Shown here piece by piece: positions 20,601 to 29,959 of a stretch of 64,000 bases of DNA (the stretch's first letter is position 1; every line of letters starts with the position of its first letter). The DNA comes from a virus (taxonomy: Duplodnaviria > Caudoviricetes). The position numbers were made by a program, and so were the translations under genes. The stretch covers positions 1,041-65,040 of the IMG/VR virus record IMGVR_UViG_3300023084_000017. The stretch is one strand, 5' to 3'. The notes beneath the pieces were generated by a model. The model was given only the letters and a program-made list of their open reading frames with translations. It did no database searches and had not been told where the DNA came from.

Positions 20601-22447
20601 CCTATTGCGAGACCTACACCTTTTATTGCTACACCTACTGCCCTAGCAGCTTGTGCAAGACCCATCATTCCACCTCTAAGCTGATTTGTTAATAGAATTG
20701 TTTGACCAGAAGTTGCATTGTAATTTTTAATAGCGTTAGTAATATTTTCTAAAAATTTTCCAGAATCTCTAAAAGCTAAGTTCTGTCTTAAAAATTGTAT
20801 TCTGTTTGTTCCAGCACTTTTAGCAAGTTTTTTTAAAGCTTCATTAGTTTGTAAAAATGACTGACTTAATCTTGTAGATTGTACAGTAACGGTTTCTTTT
20901 AGTAATCCTTCACCAGCTTGACCTATAGCAAAAGGGCCTCTAGTAATAGGAACTTGTATATCTTGCTGACCAGCAAAACCAGTTTTAATACCACCCATAG
21001 GATTGAACATCAACCCTCCCATTCCTTTACTTTGTGATTGGAAAAGCATTGCATTTTGTGCGTCAGTAAGTCCAGTTACACCAGAACGAGCCATATTTGT
21101 TGCAGCGGCATATTCTAAAGTACCAGCAGTCATAGCTTTGAAAGCAGTAACTACACCATAAACAGTTGCTCCCAACGCAGTAAGTGGTATTCCTATATTA
21201 CGCAAACCTTTAACTCTTTTGTCAAAGTTAGTGACAGATGTTAAAACATTAGCCAAAGCTTGAACAACATTATTTATAGAAGGTAAGAATTTTTCACCAA
21301 AAGTTATACCTGCTTCGTTTACTATGTTTCTTAAAACTTTTACCTGAGAAGCTACAGTTTCATATCTTCTTTCTGCTTCAGTAAGTAAAGCAGTATTTTC
21401 TGCAAACTCTGTATTAGCCATACCTAATGCTTCAGTAAGTAATCCCATACCTCCGTCACCTTCAGCACGACTTAATGCCATGATTGCTCTTCTAGTACGT
21501 ATTTGTCCTAGACCTATTTGTTCTAGTATTGCTATAGCATCTCCGCCTGATTTCTCTATGTCACCCAAACCTTCAATAAATTTAGTTAATCCTAAAGCTG
21601 GGTCTATAGCAGATAATTCTTGAAATGCCTCAGATGTCATTCCAGCTGTAGCTGCTACCGTTTCTAAATCTGCTCCTCCAATACTTACAAGTCTATCCAC
21701 TACTTGAGTAAGTCTAATAATAGCTGTGGCACCAGCTTGTGCTGGCTGACCAACAGCTCTTAATGCAGTAGCAAATGCTAATGCGTCAGTTGCAGCATTG
21801 TTGAATTCTGTAGCAGTACCAGCAGTAGCAGTAGCAATCTGAGTAGCGGCAGTAATAATTTCAGATTCAGTAGTAGCAAAGTTATTACCTAACTTGACAA
21901 TTACAGATGCTAAGTTGTCTATATCTCCAGAAGCTAAACCAGTAATCTTTTGTAATCTTGCTAATGATAAAGCAGCTTGTTCTGCTGATAAGTTTGTAGC
22001 TACTGTGAGCTTTTGTATTGTGTCTGTAAACTTTACTATTTCATCTGCGGATATACCTAACTGTCCACCAACGGCAGCTATCTGAGTTAGTTCAGCTATG
22101 CTCGCAGGTGTAAATTTTGCTAAGTTTCTTAATTGAAGTGCAATATTCTTGAATTGTTTTTCAGCAGCTGCACCTTCTGCTGATACATCTAACGTTTTCT
22201 TTACAGCAGCAAATTGTTCTTCAAACCTTACTGCGGCAGCACCACCAAAAGCAAAGGCTCCAGCTAAAGCAGCACCTAAAGGTAGTATTGCAGTTGCTGT
22301 GGCAAGTTGAACTCCTTTCTGTGCTTCCTTTATTCTGTTGGTCATCATTTGCATGTTTCGACCAACTTCACGTACAGCACCGTTCATAGCTCCTTTGTCG
22401 AAGCCAGCCCTTAGCTTGATGTCTATTATACCTGCTGTATTAGCCAT
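17684..22447 (-). CDS. Tape measure protein (TP901-type core)
   Basis: FEEQFAAVKKT..ELTQIAAVGGQLGI..LGNNFATTESEI core; long helical body; C-terminal GG..LVGEYGPE motif; follows the tail chaperone. Confidence 0.92.
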   Translation of the reverse strand: MANTAGIIDIKLRAGFDKGAMNGAVREVGRNMQMMTNRIKEAQKGVQLATATAILPLGAALAGAFAFGGAAAVRFEEQFAAVKKTLDVSAEGAAAEKQFKNIALQLRNLAKFTPASIAELTQIAAVGGQLGISADEIVKFTDTIQKLTVATNLSAEQAALSLARLQKITGLASGDIDNLASVIVKLGNNFATTESEIITAATQIATATAGTATEFNNAATDALAFATALRAVGQPAQAGATAIIRLTQVVDRLVSIGGADLETVAATAGMTSEAFQELSAIDPALGLTKFIEGLGDIEKSGGDAIAILEQIGLGQIRTRRAIMALSRAEGDGGMGLLTEALGMANTEFAENTALLTEAERRYETVASQVKVLRNIVNEAGITFGEKFLPSINNVVQALANVLTSVTNFDKRVKGLRNIGIPLTALGATVYGVVTAFKAMTAGTLEYAAATNMARSGVTGLTDAQNAMLFQSQSKGMGGLMFNPMGGIKTGFAGQQDIQVPITRGPFAIGQAGEGLLKETVTVQSTRLSQSFLQTNEALKKLAKSAGTNRIQFLRQNLAFRDSGKFLENITNAIKNYNATSGQTILLTNQLRGGMMGLAQAARAVGVAIKGVGLAIGKALVFMGAFQLIFSAIERIGARRRSMDEFANNMNSLTESFIELEKSRTQLEALGNLRENLIGDGADAKTIEAVEEKIESLSKSVRGMQAAFKLSAGANLETLVFGQKGGKGLENRLENVADDFGLDKDELEKQIFGGLSELVTDVASGKKTTVGDLIESVLSTDFGDEEINRALTNIEESFGLLKAMQSGATVPFLTGDIDIDAGQIDEVNSILRLYKDVFDIVLDDKIMNLADSDIIKDSAILLQGKAKFLNDVQELLITRGAITEAQKIDATNAQNFERAQALVMRNLAEETGTVEEVMGDMNEEFMNSEIAIQSLSEAIDESLSQSLENAINGMQQLPEAARITAIEFSKNLVENLKIQEQFEKGILELSEVSPLVARQLASVGPEAMNVLNDFLAAPMMAGSLEEQLSKVVGPELAQQAAKMIKDNKNEFEEAGEDLGDGIVKGVKDKAPELTQTFTGVIDDAIQEILYKYGIKSPSEWTRKNIGHALIDGIILGIHDRQSMLAKESSNALMGLFSGYRDDLRIYTDFKDAQRGVIQAQRAELQTQIALNSARRDAASFNDRYLKGLKEVAELEITGRKGVITLDEEISLLRKKISLEDKIKKAGGNKSAQELLEIQRAEENIQDLRAMGAKGVISNLELQAAEERLAALKGEDITEDERKLAILELTATERDLTKAREEALETDDALISARQKVIDLENEKLLLDSNLKISEDNMASAKERTVDAQLKYNEALATLNQEIAYDGEFLNNLSNIETMYGGISGAVNEVIAAQNTLLTTVLSTTPQIKEALAETLGQLKGGVMEMGIYMATLTNFMGSGEYNTFMNALSDQSGKSTTAGTFDSGTFQNFHTNFRDYFNSLMPTEPFVLPDYGMGGRVKKYKYGGRGDPMTRALVGEYGPEEVKFIPGNGFMVKPLGTGKSGTVVNNLNVNVTGVPSDPISARKAAVQISKALKKLDKEGSSGTGLRRN

Positions 22448-22449
22448 AA

Positions 22450-22779
22450 TTACCTTTGATTCATGTCATTCATAAATTGTTCTAATGACATTGTAGTACG
22501 AGGTCTATTTCTTCCTCGTCTTCTGTCTAGTTCCTTCTTCCACCAACCTTTTTGAGGTTGTGAAGTATCTTCAGGAGTTGTATACTCTTCTCCATTTACA
22601 GCAGCATTATAAATAGGTTGATAAAATTGAGACTTATCTACAGGTAAGTACGAAAGATATACCATAAATATTCTCCAATTTAGAGACGCTGGGTTATCAA
22701 TATTATAGAATCTTTTAAAATCCGCTACTATTGGTGACCATCTATAAAATATGTCTCTAAAGGAGAAACTTATTTTGGG
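22450..22779 (-). CDS. Tail assembly chaperone -1 frameshift extension (gpT-like)
   Basis: The -1 frame is open from the CCCAAAA slippery site: ISFSFRDIFYRWSPIVADFKRFYNIDNPASLNWRIFMVYLSYLP..., which resembles actinophage TAC C-terminal domains. Confidence 0.8.
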   Translation of the reverse strand, partial: PKISFSFRDIFYRWSPIVADFKRFYNIDNPASLNWRIFMVYLSYLPVDKSQFYQPIYNAAVNGEEYTTPEDTSQPQKGWWKKELDRRRGRNRPRTTMSLEQFMNDMNQR

Positions 22780-23126
22780 CTATCATCACCTTCTTCATTT
22801 GCAGATTCTAATTCTTCATCACTACTAATACCATATTTTTCTAGTAGCCATGTAAGAAGTTCTTCTAATTGAGGCCATGTCGCCCCATTCGTAATCAACT
22901 CTTCTAGTACATCTTTTCCTAAAAGAGCATCCAACCATTCAGGAATTACAGATGTTGGCACTACGCCTGTTTCATCCATAAATCTCATTTGAGTTAAAAT
23001 AACTCTAGCTGGTATCTGTGCAGGTAAAGAGTATGCTTTACCCCTCATTGTAAATTCTAATTTCTCATCACTATTTGTTACAAGTGCGTCGAAATCTTTA
23101 TAATTGTCAGCCACGCCGACCTCCAT
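22770..23126 (-). CDS. Tail assembly chaperone (gpG-like)
   Basis: Lies between the major tail and tape measure genes; ends AGC CCA AAA TAA. Confidence 0.8.
   Translation of the reverse strand: MEVGVADNYKDFDALVTNSDEKLEFTMRGKAYSLPAQIPARVILTQMRFMDETGVVPTSVIPEWLDALLGKDVLEELITNGATWPQLEELLTWLLEKYGISSDEELESANEEGDDSPK
22773..22779 (-). other. -1 programmed ribosomal frameshift slippery heptamer C CCA AAA
   Basis: In-frame X XXY YYZ pattern directly before the stop codon. Confidence 0.8.
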
Positions 23127-23147
23127 TCTTATCCATAATTATTATTT

Positions 23148-23795
23148 TTAGTTAATGTCAAATACGTCGCTATCGTTTGTATTATCAACAATTCTGAACA
23201 AGTCTAAGAATTGATTTGTTGATTGTACAGACTTTGGCTTAAGTACTTTAAATTCAGTTGCAACTACAACCTTCTGTGGGGCTTTTTGATGAGCCATAGA
23301 GAAAGCTCCAACGTTAATAGCACGTGGAATTTCTACATGTCTATCAGCACCAGCAGGACCGTCAACAATTAACAATAATGATTTCTCATCAAAGTCATCT
23401 GTTGAAGGTGGTTTTAAGCTGTCATAACCTGATGCATAATCAGCATCATCTTCTGTGAAAGTACCACCACCAAGAGCAATTTGAAGGTTGCTCATAGATG
23501 CTTGTGCTAATTCACCAGTTAATCTAACTTCTTGTGCAGTCTTAAATGTTGCAATTGGGTCAATTTCTTCAGCGACCATAATATCTTCAAATGTTTTATC
23601 CATTTCAAGAGTCCAGCCGTCTTCAGAATATCCAACGTCAACCCAGTCAGAAGCTGGGTCAGCCCATGCTCCTGAGTTATCAGCTGGGAAAGCTATATAG
23701 TCCCCAGATGCGTTACCGTCATTGGATATTGCTGCAACGTAAAGTACACCAGTACCAACAATAACTTCAGATATTGTACCATTTGTGCTTGGCAT
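23148..23795 (-). CDS. Major tail (tube) protein
   Basis: G.G.LYVA..W.DVGYSEDG motif typical of actinophage tail tube proteins; gene position. Confidence 0.85.
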   Translation of the reverse strand: MPSTNGTISEVIVGTGVLYVAAISNDGNASGDYIAFPADNSGAWADPASDWVDVGYSEDGWTLEMDKTFEDIMVAEEIDPIATFKTAQEVRLTGELAQASMSNLQIALGGGTFTEDDADYASGYDSLKPPSTDDFDEKSLLLIVDGPAGADRHVEIPRAINVGAFSMAHQKAPQKVVVATEFKVLKPKSVQSTNQFLDLFRIVDNTNDSDVFDIN

Positions 23796-23808
23796 AATTT
23801 ATCTCCTG

Positions 23809-24117
23809 TTATTCTTCTTCGCTTATACTGTCTTGCAAGACACTCTCGGCTTCGAGAGAATCCTCAACGTCGACTTCCCACTGAGCATCTTCAGGTTCAT
23901 TGTCTTCCACTGAAGACTCTGAATCTACTAAAATGAGTAAGGGATAAGCATCTCCTTTGAGATACCATTGTTTATCCTTTAATCTATTCCAGTCGGATTC
24001 TCCAATCTCCTTCGCATCAATTTGATTAAACATAATACCAGTAACTACATCTCTCGCTTGATTGCGAGAAAATAGTGGATTAAGTTTTACCAAAACTTTC
24101 TTTTCATTCTTTGCCAT
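23809..24117 (-). CDS. Hypothetical protein in the neck/tail cluster
   Basis: ORF with AGGAA RBS between the tail terminator and major tail genes. Confidence 0.6.
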   Translation of the reverse strand: MAKNEKKVLVKLNPLFSRNQARDVVTGIMFNQIDAKEIGESDWNRLKDKQWYLKGDAYPLLILVDSESSVEDNEPEDAQWEVDVEDSLEAESVLQDSISEEE

Positions 24118-24125
24118 ATCTATTC

Positions 24126-24608
24126 CTATACACCTCTATACGTCATAGCTAAAGCAATTGAGTACCTGCCAAGACCAGTTGAAACTTCTTCAATTCTTGT
24201 AGGGAATTGAACTATCTCAAAACTATATATCTTAGCTCTAGTAGTACTATCGCTTGTAGTTATATACCCATTAGCATAGTTGAAAGCAGACTCAATAACG
24301 GCATTTGCTAAAGACATAGCTGTGCTGTAATCTGCAAAAGGTTTGTCATTTCCAGAACCACCCCATCTACCTGCGTAACATTCCATAGGAATCAAAGCAT
24401 TTTGTATATGAACGTCGCTTCTTGGATTTACTAATGCACCGCCTGCCCTGAATAACGTTAGAAAAGGCAAGCTTGACCCTCTAGGTAATCTCGTAGCTAC
24501 ATTAGTACCACATATGTCTGTAATCTTAGTTTGTTCTAAAGCCCATTGCCTTGCGATAATTTCCGCATCAGGTGGTGCTGGTTGGTTTTGGTCTCTTGTA
24601 TTTGGCAT
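24126..24608 (-). CDS. Tail terminator protein
   Basis: PDAE..VATRLP..LPF..L.RAGG pattern and position; appears leaderless. Confidence 0.7.
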   Translation of the reverse strand: MPNTRDQNQPAPPDAEIIARQWALEQTKITDICGTNVATRLPRGSSLPFLTLFRAGGALVNPRSDVHIQNALIPMECYAGRWGGSGNDKPFADYSTAMSLANAVIESAFNYANGYITTSDSTTRAKIYSFEIVQFPTRIEEVSTGLGRYSIALAMTYRGV

Positions 24609-24645
24609 AAGTTTATACTAGTTGAATAAATCTAGAGTTATTGTA

Positions 24646-27600
24646 TTAAGAGTCTCCATCGTCGAATAGGTCTGGGTCATCAAAAGTATCATCCTTGAAT
24701 CGAATGTTTCCTGTAGGGAACTTAACATCTAGGAATTGTCTCAAAACATTCAAGTCTCTACCATTTAGACCTAGTTTTTTAGGAAGTGTATCTCTTTGCA
24801 TATACTGATAAAACGCTTCTTTTATTTCAGGTCTTGAAGAAGCTTTAAGTAATATATCTCTTTTTGAGTTATTGATGTCTCTAGATTGTTCTATTCTCTT
24901 AAGCTCTGATTCAACATATGCTATTTGTTTGCTTAAGCTACCTTTGTTAAGTTGGAATTTATTTACATCAGCTCTTGCTTTAGTTGCTATATCTTTGTCA
25001 CTACCAATTATGTTTACATTGTTAGTTTCAAAGTTATAATTTCCTGCACCAGACTTACCATAAGAAGCCATAGTTGTTCCTCTTGGAATTCTATTTCTCT
25101 TCTTTTCAAAAACCTTTGGTGTAGGAAGTGGATTACCTTCAGTATTAATAATATTATCTCTTACAAAAATACTTGTTTGTGCTTTACCTTTTCTTGCTAG
25201 CTTTGCTGCTGCTTGTGCAGAATCTATTTGTCCTGAGTTTAATTGGGTAATAACATCTTTCATATTAGATGGGACTACAACATCTTCTAAATCACTATCT
25301 AGCAAAAACATACCTATACCTCTTGCAGTTATAGATGCGTCTAGTAAAGCTTTGTCCCTATCAGCTTGCCCTTCAAAATTAACTGTAATTTTATCAACGC
25401 CAGTTCTACCATCTTCTACAATCTTTCTACCTCTTTTACCTTGTGTGTAGTTAAATGGATAAGGACCTGTTTGTTTAATTACAGCTTCAATATTTTTTAA
25501 AGCTTGGTCAGTTGATTCTTTTATTACTTGTACTGCTTGGGGTGTAATTAATATTCCACCTATCTGAGCCTCTCCTTCCAAGTCTTTTATAATTTTATTT
25601 GCCAATCTATCAGTAAAGTCGTTTATCTCTTTATTACTGAAACCCATATTGGAAGATAGAGTTCTTCTTAGTTCATCTTTAATTTCATTTGTAAATTGTT
25701 CTGCTTGCAGCTGTCTATTAGTAATAGACCTAAGATTAACTGTTAAGAATTCAGGGTCACCAGGTTTAATATCTTTACCGAATTTTTGGCGTAACATATC
25801 CATATCTTTTAATATGTCTAAGTCTTCTGCTACACCAGTTTGACTCATATCAAAAGAGTCATAACTAGTAACATTTTTTCTTGTATATCTATTTATACTG
25901 TTACCAACTAAGAATGCTTTACCATCTGCATCTTGTGGAAATTCATCTGTTTCAAATCTATATCTGGTGATTTTTTGACCAACTACTTTTCCACCCTCAT
26001 CTAGTACTTCTTCTACGTCAAATATTCTTGTGTCAAGATTTACATCTGGCTTGAACTCCATTCCAACAAATATTTCATTACCTCTTTGCGTACTAGGAAT
26101 GCCTTGTTTATATATACCTTCCTCTTTCATGAATCTATTTATCTGTCTGTCGTAGTTCATAACGTCATCATCAATAACTCTTTCAAAACCTCTTCTGCCA
26201 CCAAATGATGTTTTATTTATTCTCCTCATTACATCAGCACCACCAAATATTGTGTCGTCTAGAGTTTCAGAAAGTAAATCTAAAGTTGTAGATTCATAAG
26301 CGCTCCTAAGTACTTTATTTTTGTTTAAAAGAACTTGACCATTTCTTACAACAGGATTGTTATTTTGTTTTACAGACTTTTCATATATTTCATCGAGTAT
26401 TTTTTTCTGCTTAGCATTTGGTGCAGACATTCCTCTAGTCTTAATGAATACATCCATATTAGAAGTAGAACCAGGTATTTTTAAATTAGACATACCACCA
26501 ACAACATGTCCAGCTATATTTCTACCAGAGCTAACTCCCAAGCCAAATTTTGTTGCAGCACCCACAGCACTTCTATACATGAATAAAGATGGAGTATAAA
26601 CAAAAGCATCTGTTCTATTTGTTAGTACTTTATTTTTGTCAGTAGCTGGTCCACCATATTCTATTTGATAAGCGTCTCTTATAGCATTTGCTTTTTTATC
26701 TTTTTTTGTTTTACCACCAAATCCGACTGCATAAACAACTGTAGCTTTAGTGTCACTGTAATCAGGGTCCATAGCATGAATAGCTGACTGTATTTGTCTT
26801 CTGTTTGATACATAGTTATGTCTTTGAGGATTGTCTGAAAAATTTTGCTCTAAATAGTTTTCTCTATTAATCAAAGATTCATTTAACATTTGAATTTGTT
26901 GTTTTTGATATTTAAGATTTCCAACTTTACTAGGAATGCTTTTCTGTACAGTTTCTACCCTTGGAACTCTTTTCTTTCTTGTTTCAACTCTTTTTAATGT
27001 TCCTTGCTGAATAGAAGCCAACTCAGGTGGAACATATCCAAGTTTTCTTATTTGATTCCTGATTTCTTTGTCAATAGATGGGTCGGTAGTAATTTCTGTA
27101 ACTGTTTTCGCTTCTACATCATATTGCTGAACTTTATCATAAACAAGTTTGTCTTGAGAAATAGAACGTGGATTATTTTTATCATATATGTTTAAGCTTC
27201 TATTAGAAATTGTTTTATAACTTTTACCTTGATTAGCTATTTCATTATCGTCACCATGAATATATCTAAGAACACCAGTCATCTTACCTATTTCATTTAC
27301 TGCTTGGTCTCCTAGCCTCATTCTTATTTCTTGTATTTTTGTAGCAACAATCATTTTCATATTGTCTGAAGTAGTAGCACCTTCTATATTCTCTCCATAC
27401 CTATCAGCAGTAGCAAGTATGTTTGCTGCAAATTCTGCGATTACCTCAGATTCAGATGTATTAATAGGACTTCCAAATCCATAGACAACTCCTTCTGATA
27501 TGTCTTTTATAAAATCATCATTTCTCAATTCTTGTAAGTAATCTAAGGAATCTCTTTTACCTTCTCTTGAAAAAGCATTGCTCTTTATATCATTACCCAA

Positions 27601-28413
27601 ACCCCTGGAATTGGTAACATATAATGATTCGTTTATTCTTCCATTTCTAAAAGAATTAATAGGAGAATTGATTGTCATTCTATCTAATCCATAACCACCA
27701 CGAACTGCGTTTTGACCCATAATATCTACAATATCTTTTCTAGACATTAAAGACTCTATTGTTTCGTCAGGCATTGTCTGAAGTGAAAATGAAGAGAGCA
27801 CGCCATCTTTTTCGTCTCCCAGTTCCATTTGTCCTCTTTGTCTATTATATTTGTTAACAGCATATGGGTCTGGTGCGTTAGCTATAGCTATTGCTTGCAT
27901 AGCTAATTGTATTTTTCTAAAATCTATTCCAACTTGAGATGTTGGATTTTGTACATATTTGTCTATCTTTTTAGCGTCTAATCTAAAATCTCCATAAAGC
28001 ATTCCTTTTACTTTAGTATCGAAAGCTCTTAAAGCTCTAGCAGATGTTCTACCACCAACTACTCTTAAATATCTTCCTATTAAACCAGTACCAGTTGGGA
28101 GAAATGAATTCATAGCCATACCAGCTCCTCTTGCAGCAACTTTATATAAACCTCTTCTTGCTAGTGACCTTGAAGTTCCTACTTGTTTATTTGTCAAGGA
28201 ACGCATTGTGTTTCTTGCATCTAATGAATCATAGAGCTTACTTCTAACTCCACCAGTCTTAGCACCAGTAAGAGCGGAAAAAGTTCCTAAGTTATAAGCA
28301 AACCTATAGCCTTTTTCTTGAAATGAAGGTGTGTCTCTTAAAGACTTGTACATTGTGCCTCTAGCACGAAAGACACTTGAAGTATCAGATGACTGGCTTT
28401 TGAAAATAGCCAT
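24646..28413 (-). CDS. Giant (1255 aa) protein in the HK97 gp10/Ne1 neck position
   Basis: Long ORF between head closure and tail terminator; internal AYQIEYGG...P..FMYRS resembles the gp10 YA..VEYGT...PFL.PA motif. Confidence 0.6.
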   Translation of the reverse strand: MAIFKSQSSDTSSVFRARGTMYKSLRDTPSFQEKGYRFAYNLGTFSALTGAKTGGVRSKLYDSLDARNTMRSLTNKQVGTSRSLARRGLYKVAARGAGMAMNSFLPTGTGLIGRYLRVVGGRTSARALRAFDTKVKGMLYGDFRLDAKKIDKYVQNPTSQVGIDFRKIQLAMQAIAIANAPDPYAVNKYNRQRGQMELGDEKDGVLSSFSLQTMPDETIESLMSRKDIVDIMGQNAVRGGYGLDRMTINSPINSFRNGRINESLYVTNSRGLGNDIKSNAFSREGKRDSLDYLQELRNDDFIKDISEGVVYGFGSPINTSESEVIAEFAANILATADRYGENIEGATTSDNMKMIVATKIQEIRMRLGDQAVNEIGKMTGVLRYIHGDDNEIANQGKSYKTISNRSLNIYDKNNPRSISQDKLVYDKVQQYDVEAKTVTEITTDPSIDKEIRNQIRKLGYVPPELASIQQGTLKRVETRKKRVPRVETVQKSIPSKVGNLKYQKQQIQMLNESLINRENYLEQNFSDNPQRHNYVSNRRQIQSAIHAMDPDYSDTKATVVYAVGFGGKTKKDKKANAIRDAYQIEYGGPATDKNKVLTNRTDAFVYTPSLFMYRSAVGAATKFGLGVSSGRNIAGHVVGGMSNLKIPGSTSNMDVFIKTRGMSAPNAKQKKILDEIYEKSVKQNNNPVVRNGQVLLNKNKVLRSAYESTTLDLLSETLDDTIFGGADVMRRINKTSFGGRRGFERVIDDDVMNYDRQINRFMKEEGIYKQGIPSTQRGNEIFVGMEFKPDVNLDTRIFDVEEVLDEGGKVVGQKITRYRFETDEFPQDADGKAFLVGNSINRYTRKNVTSYDSFDMSQTGVAEDLDILKDMDMLRQKFGKDIKPGDPEFLTVNLRSITNRQLQAEQFTNEIKDELRRTLSSNMGFSNKEINDFTDRLANKIIKDLEGEAQIGGILITPQAVQVIKESTDQALKNIEAVIKQTGPYPFNYTQGKRGRKIVEDGRTGVDKITVNFEGQADRDKALLDASITARGIGMFLLDSDLEDVVVPSNMKDVITQLNSGQIDSAQAAAKLARKGKAQTSIFVRDNIINTEGNPLPTPKVFEKKRNRIPRGTTMASYGKSGAGNYNFETNNVNIIGSDKDIATKARADVNKFQLNKGSLSKQIAYVESELKRIEQSRDINNSKRDILLKASSRPEIKEAFYQYMQRDTLPKKLGLNGRDLNVLRQFLDVKFPTGNIRFKDDTFDDPDLFDDGDS

Positions 28414-28415
28414 TG

Positions 28416-28760
28416 TTATTCTCTATATAATAAACTCAAACTCTTGTAGTAAATACCACCATCCATTTTCCTACCTTCTGAAATAGAGTTTATTTCAAAG
28501 TATTTACCTGAAGATGGTTCGTAAATTCTATCTGAGGCTTTAACATCCGCATTATCTGGTAAAACAAGATTATAATTTTTTACTACCGTATTTCTTCCAT
28601 CTCTATCTTCTGATTCGCTTATGAGAGTTAATCTAGCTTTTGAAGAAGATTGGTCCGCCCATGTTTCACTTTCTATACCTCTTTCATCTACAGAACTACC
28701 TGAAGTACGTTGTATAGTGACTGTGTCTATTAATAACCTACGAGGAAAGCGAGCTGGCAT
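28416..28760 (-). CDS. Head closure/stopper protein (SPP1 gp16-like)
   Basis: VTIQR....DERG...W...LP..ADVKASDRI.......FEI; position. Confidence 0.8.
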   Translation of the reverse strand: MPARFPRRLLIDTVTIQRTSGSSVDERGIESETWADQSSSKARLTLISESEDRDGRNTVVKNYNLVLPDNADVKASDRIYEPSSGKYFEINSISEGRKMDGGIYYKSLSLLYRE

Positions 28761-29416
28761 TATACAAAGAACTGCCTTCTAAATGGCGCTAACAATGTTA
28801 AGTCACTAGCTGTTAATACTGTTGCAGCATTTAGTGATAAACCACCTGGATAACTTATTGAGTAATCTCCTACTCTCTGGCTATCAGATAGAACAAAGTT
28901 TGAAACATCTGATGAAGTCTGTCCTTTTATTTCAGCAGCTTCTTGCTGTGATGCAATAATTAATGTTGACTCGAGTATTCTTGCTGCTGACCTTTCAGTT
29001 ACTGATTTAAATTGTATTGGTAACTCTGGATTACTACCAGAACCTCTTGCGTAATATCCTGCATTGTAAGTTACAGTTATATTCAAAGGTCTTGCATAAG
29101 ACCATCTTGTTCCAATACGAGTAATTCTTCCATTGGAATATTTAACAAAATCTTTAGAGTTACCTTCTTCTAGTGTTGTGTCGTCTTCTACTATTGAAGT
29201 AATTGAATTAATAGGAAGGTGTGTTAAAAATATATCTTTTGTTTGGTCACCTGTAAAAGTTTCAGTATGTGATGCTTGTTCAACATCATATCCTACATAC
29301 TCTTTTATAGCAGCTTCTACAAGTGGAATAATGTTATCTGTAAGATGTGATTCTAAATCTGAAGATAATGCAAATTGAACATACTGTTCTACATTTGCAG
29401 CTGTACAGAAAGCCAT
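28760..29416 (-). CDS. Head-tail adaptor (gp6/gp15-like)
   Basis: LPINSITSI..ITVTYNAGY..S.RVGDYSISY..L.PFR motifs. Confidence 0.8.
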   Translation of the reverse strand: MAFCTAANVEQYVQFALSSDLESHLTDNIIPLVEAAIKEYVGYDVEQASHTETFTGDQTKDIFLTHLPINSITSIVEDDTTLEEGNSKDFVKYSNGRITRIGTRWSYARPLNITVTYNAGYYARGSGSNPELPIQFKSVTERSAARILESTLIIASQQEAAEIKGQTSSDVSNFVLSDSQRVGDYSISYPGGLSLNAATVLTASDLTLLAPFRRQFFV

Positions 29417-29433
29417 GAGTTAGACCTCCTGTG

Positions 29434-29697
29434 TTACTTGTCTTCTGATTTAGATTCTTCTACTTTGACAGATTTATTTTCTACTGGCTTTTGTGCTTTT
29501 GCTTTTGCTGGAGCAGCTTTCTTAGCAGGAGCTTTCTTTTCTTCTAAAGCACCTTGCTCTTTTAACCACTCAGTTGGGTATTCTTTACCAGCTTTAGCAA
29601 TTAAATCTGCTTGAGCAAATGGTAAATCAGCAGGGGCACCTTTCCAGATTTTTCCGTCAGGTAGTCTATAAACGTTCTCTTCTAATACTGTGTACAT
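29434..29697 (-). CDS. Small Lys/Ala-rich head-associated protein
   Basis: Follows the capsid gene; KKAPAKKAAPAKAK and ENK tail typical of this position. Confidence 0.65.
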   Translation of the reverse strand: MYTVLEENVYRLPDGKIWKGAPADLPFAQADLIAKAGKEYPTEWLKEQGALEEKKAPAKKAAPAKAKAQKPVENKSVKVEESKSEDK

Positions 29698-29713
29698 AAT
29701 AATCTATCCTACC

Positions 29714-29770
29714 TTACTTTCTTGGCTTCTTTGGTTTTTTACTCTTCTTCGGCTTCTTGTGGTAAGGCAT
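29714..29770 (-). CDS. 18-aa Lys-rich peptide MPYHKKPKKSKKPKKPRK
   Basis: AGGAG RBS 5 nt upstream of the ATG. Confidence 0.45.
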   Translation of the reverse strand: MPYHKKPKKSKKPKKPRK

Positions 29771-29900
29771 TTTTCTCCTGTGTTAATTCAGGCTCCACTT
29801 TCCTGAAACTGTCAATAATCTCTTGAGACTTATCAAAGAACTCTTTATCTCTTTGTATCATCCCAAAAGGATTTAATCTTGTTCTTGGGTTTTGTTCCAT
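29739..29900 (-). CDS. 53-aa hypothetical protein
   Basis: AAGGAG RBS; ORF MEQNPRTRLNPFGMIQRD...EAEEE. Confidence 0.55.
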   Translation of the reverse strand: MEQNPRTRLNPFGMIQRDKEFFDKSQEIIDSFRKVEPELTQEKNALPQEAEEE

Positions 29901-29915
29901 CTTTTACTCCTTAAT

Positions 29916-29950
29916 GTTTTTGGGGGCAGTACGAACCACCCCCAAAAAAC
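29916..29950. other. Strong stem-loop just downstream of the capsid gene
   Basis: TTTTTGGGGG...CCCCCAAAAA inverted repeat with no 3' U-tract. Confidence 0.55.
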
Positions 29951-29959
29951 AAATACTAA

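Noticed and set aside
22450-22665. Stand-alone 71-aa gene
   Set aside because: Better explained as the end of the -1 frameshifted tail chaperone
29916-29950. Rho-independent terminator after the capsid gene
   Set aside because: The T-run is 5' of the stem on both strands and no U-tract follows; kept only as a stem-loop
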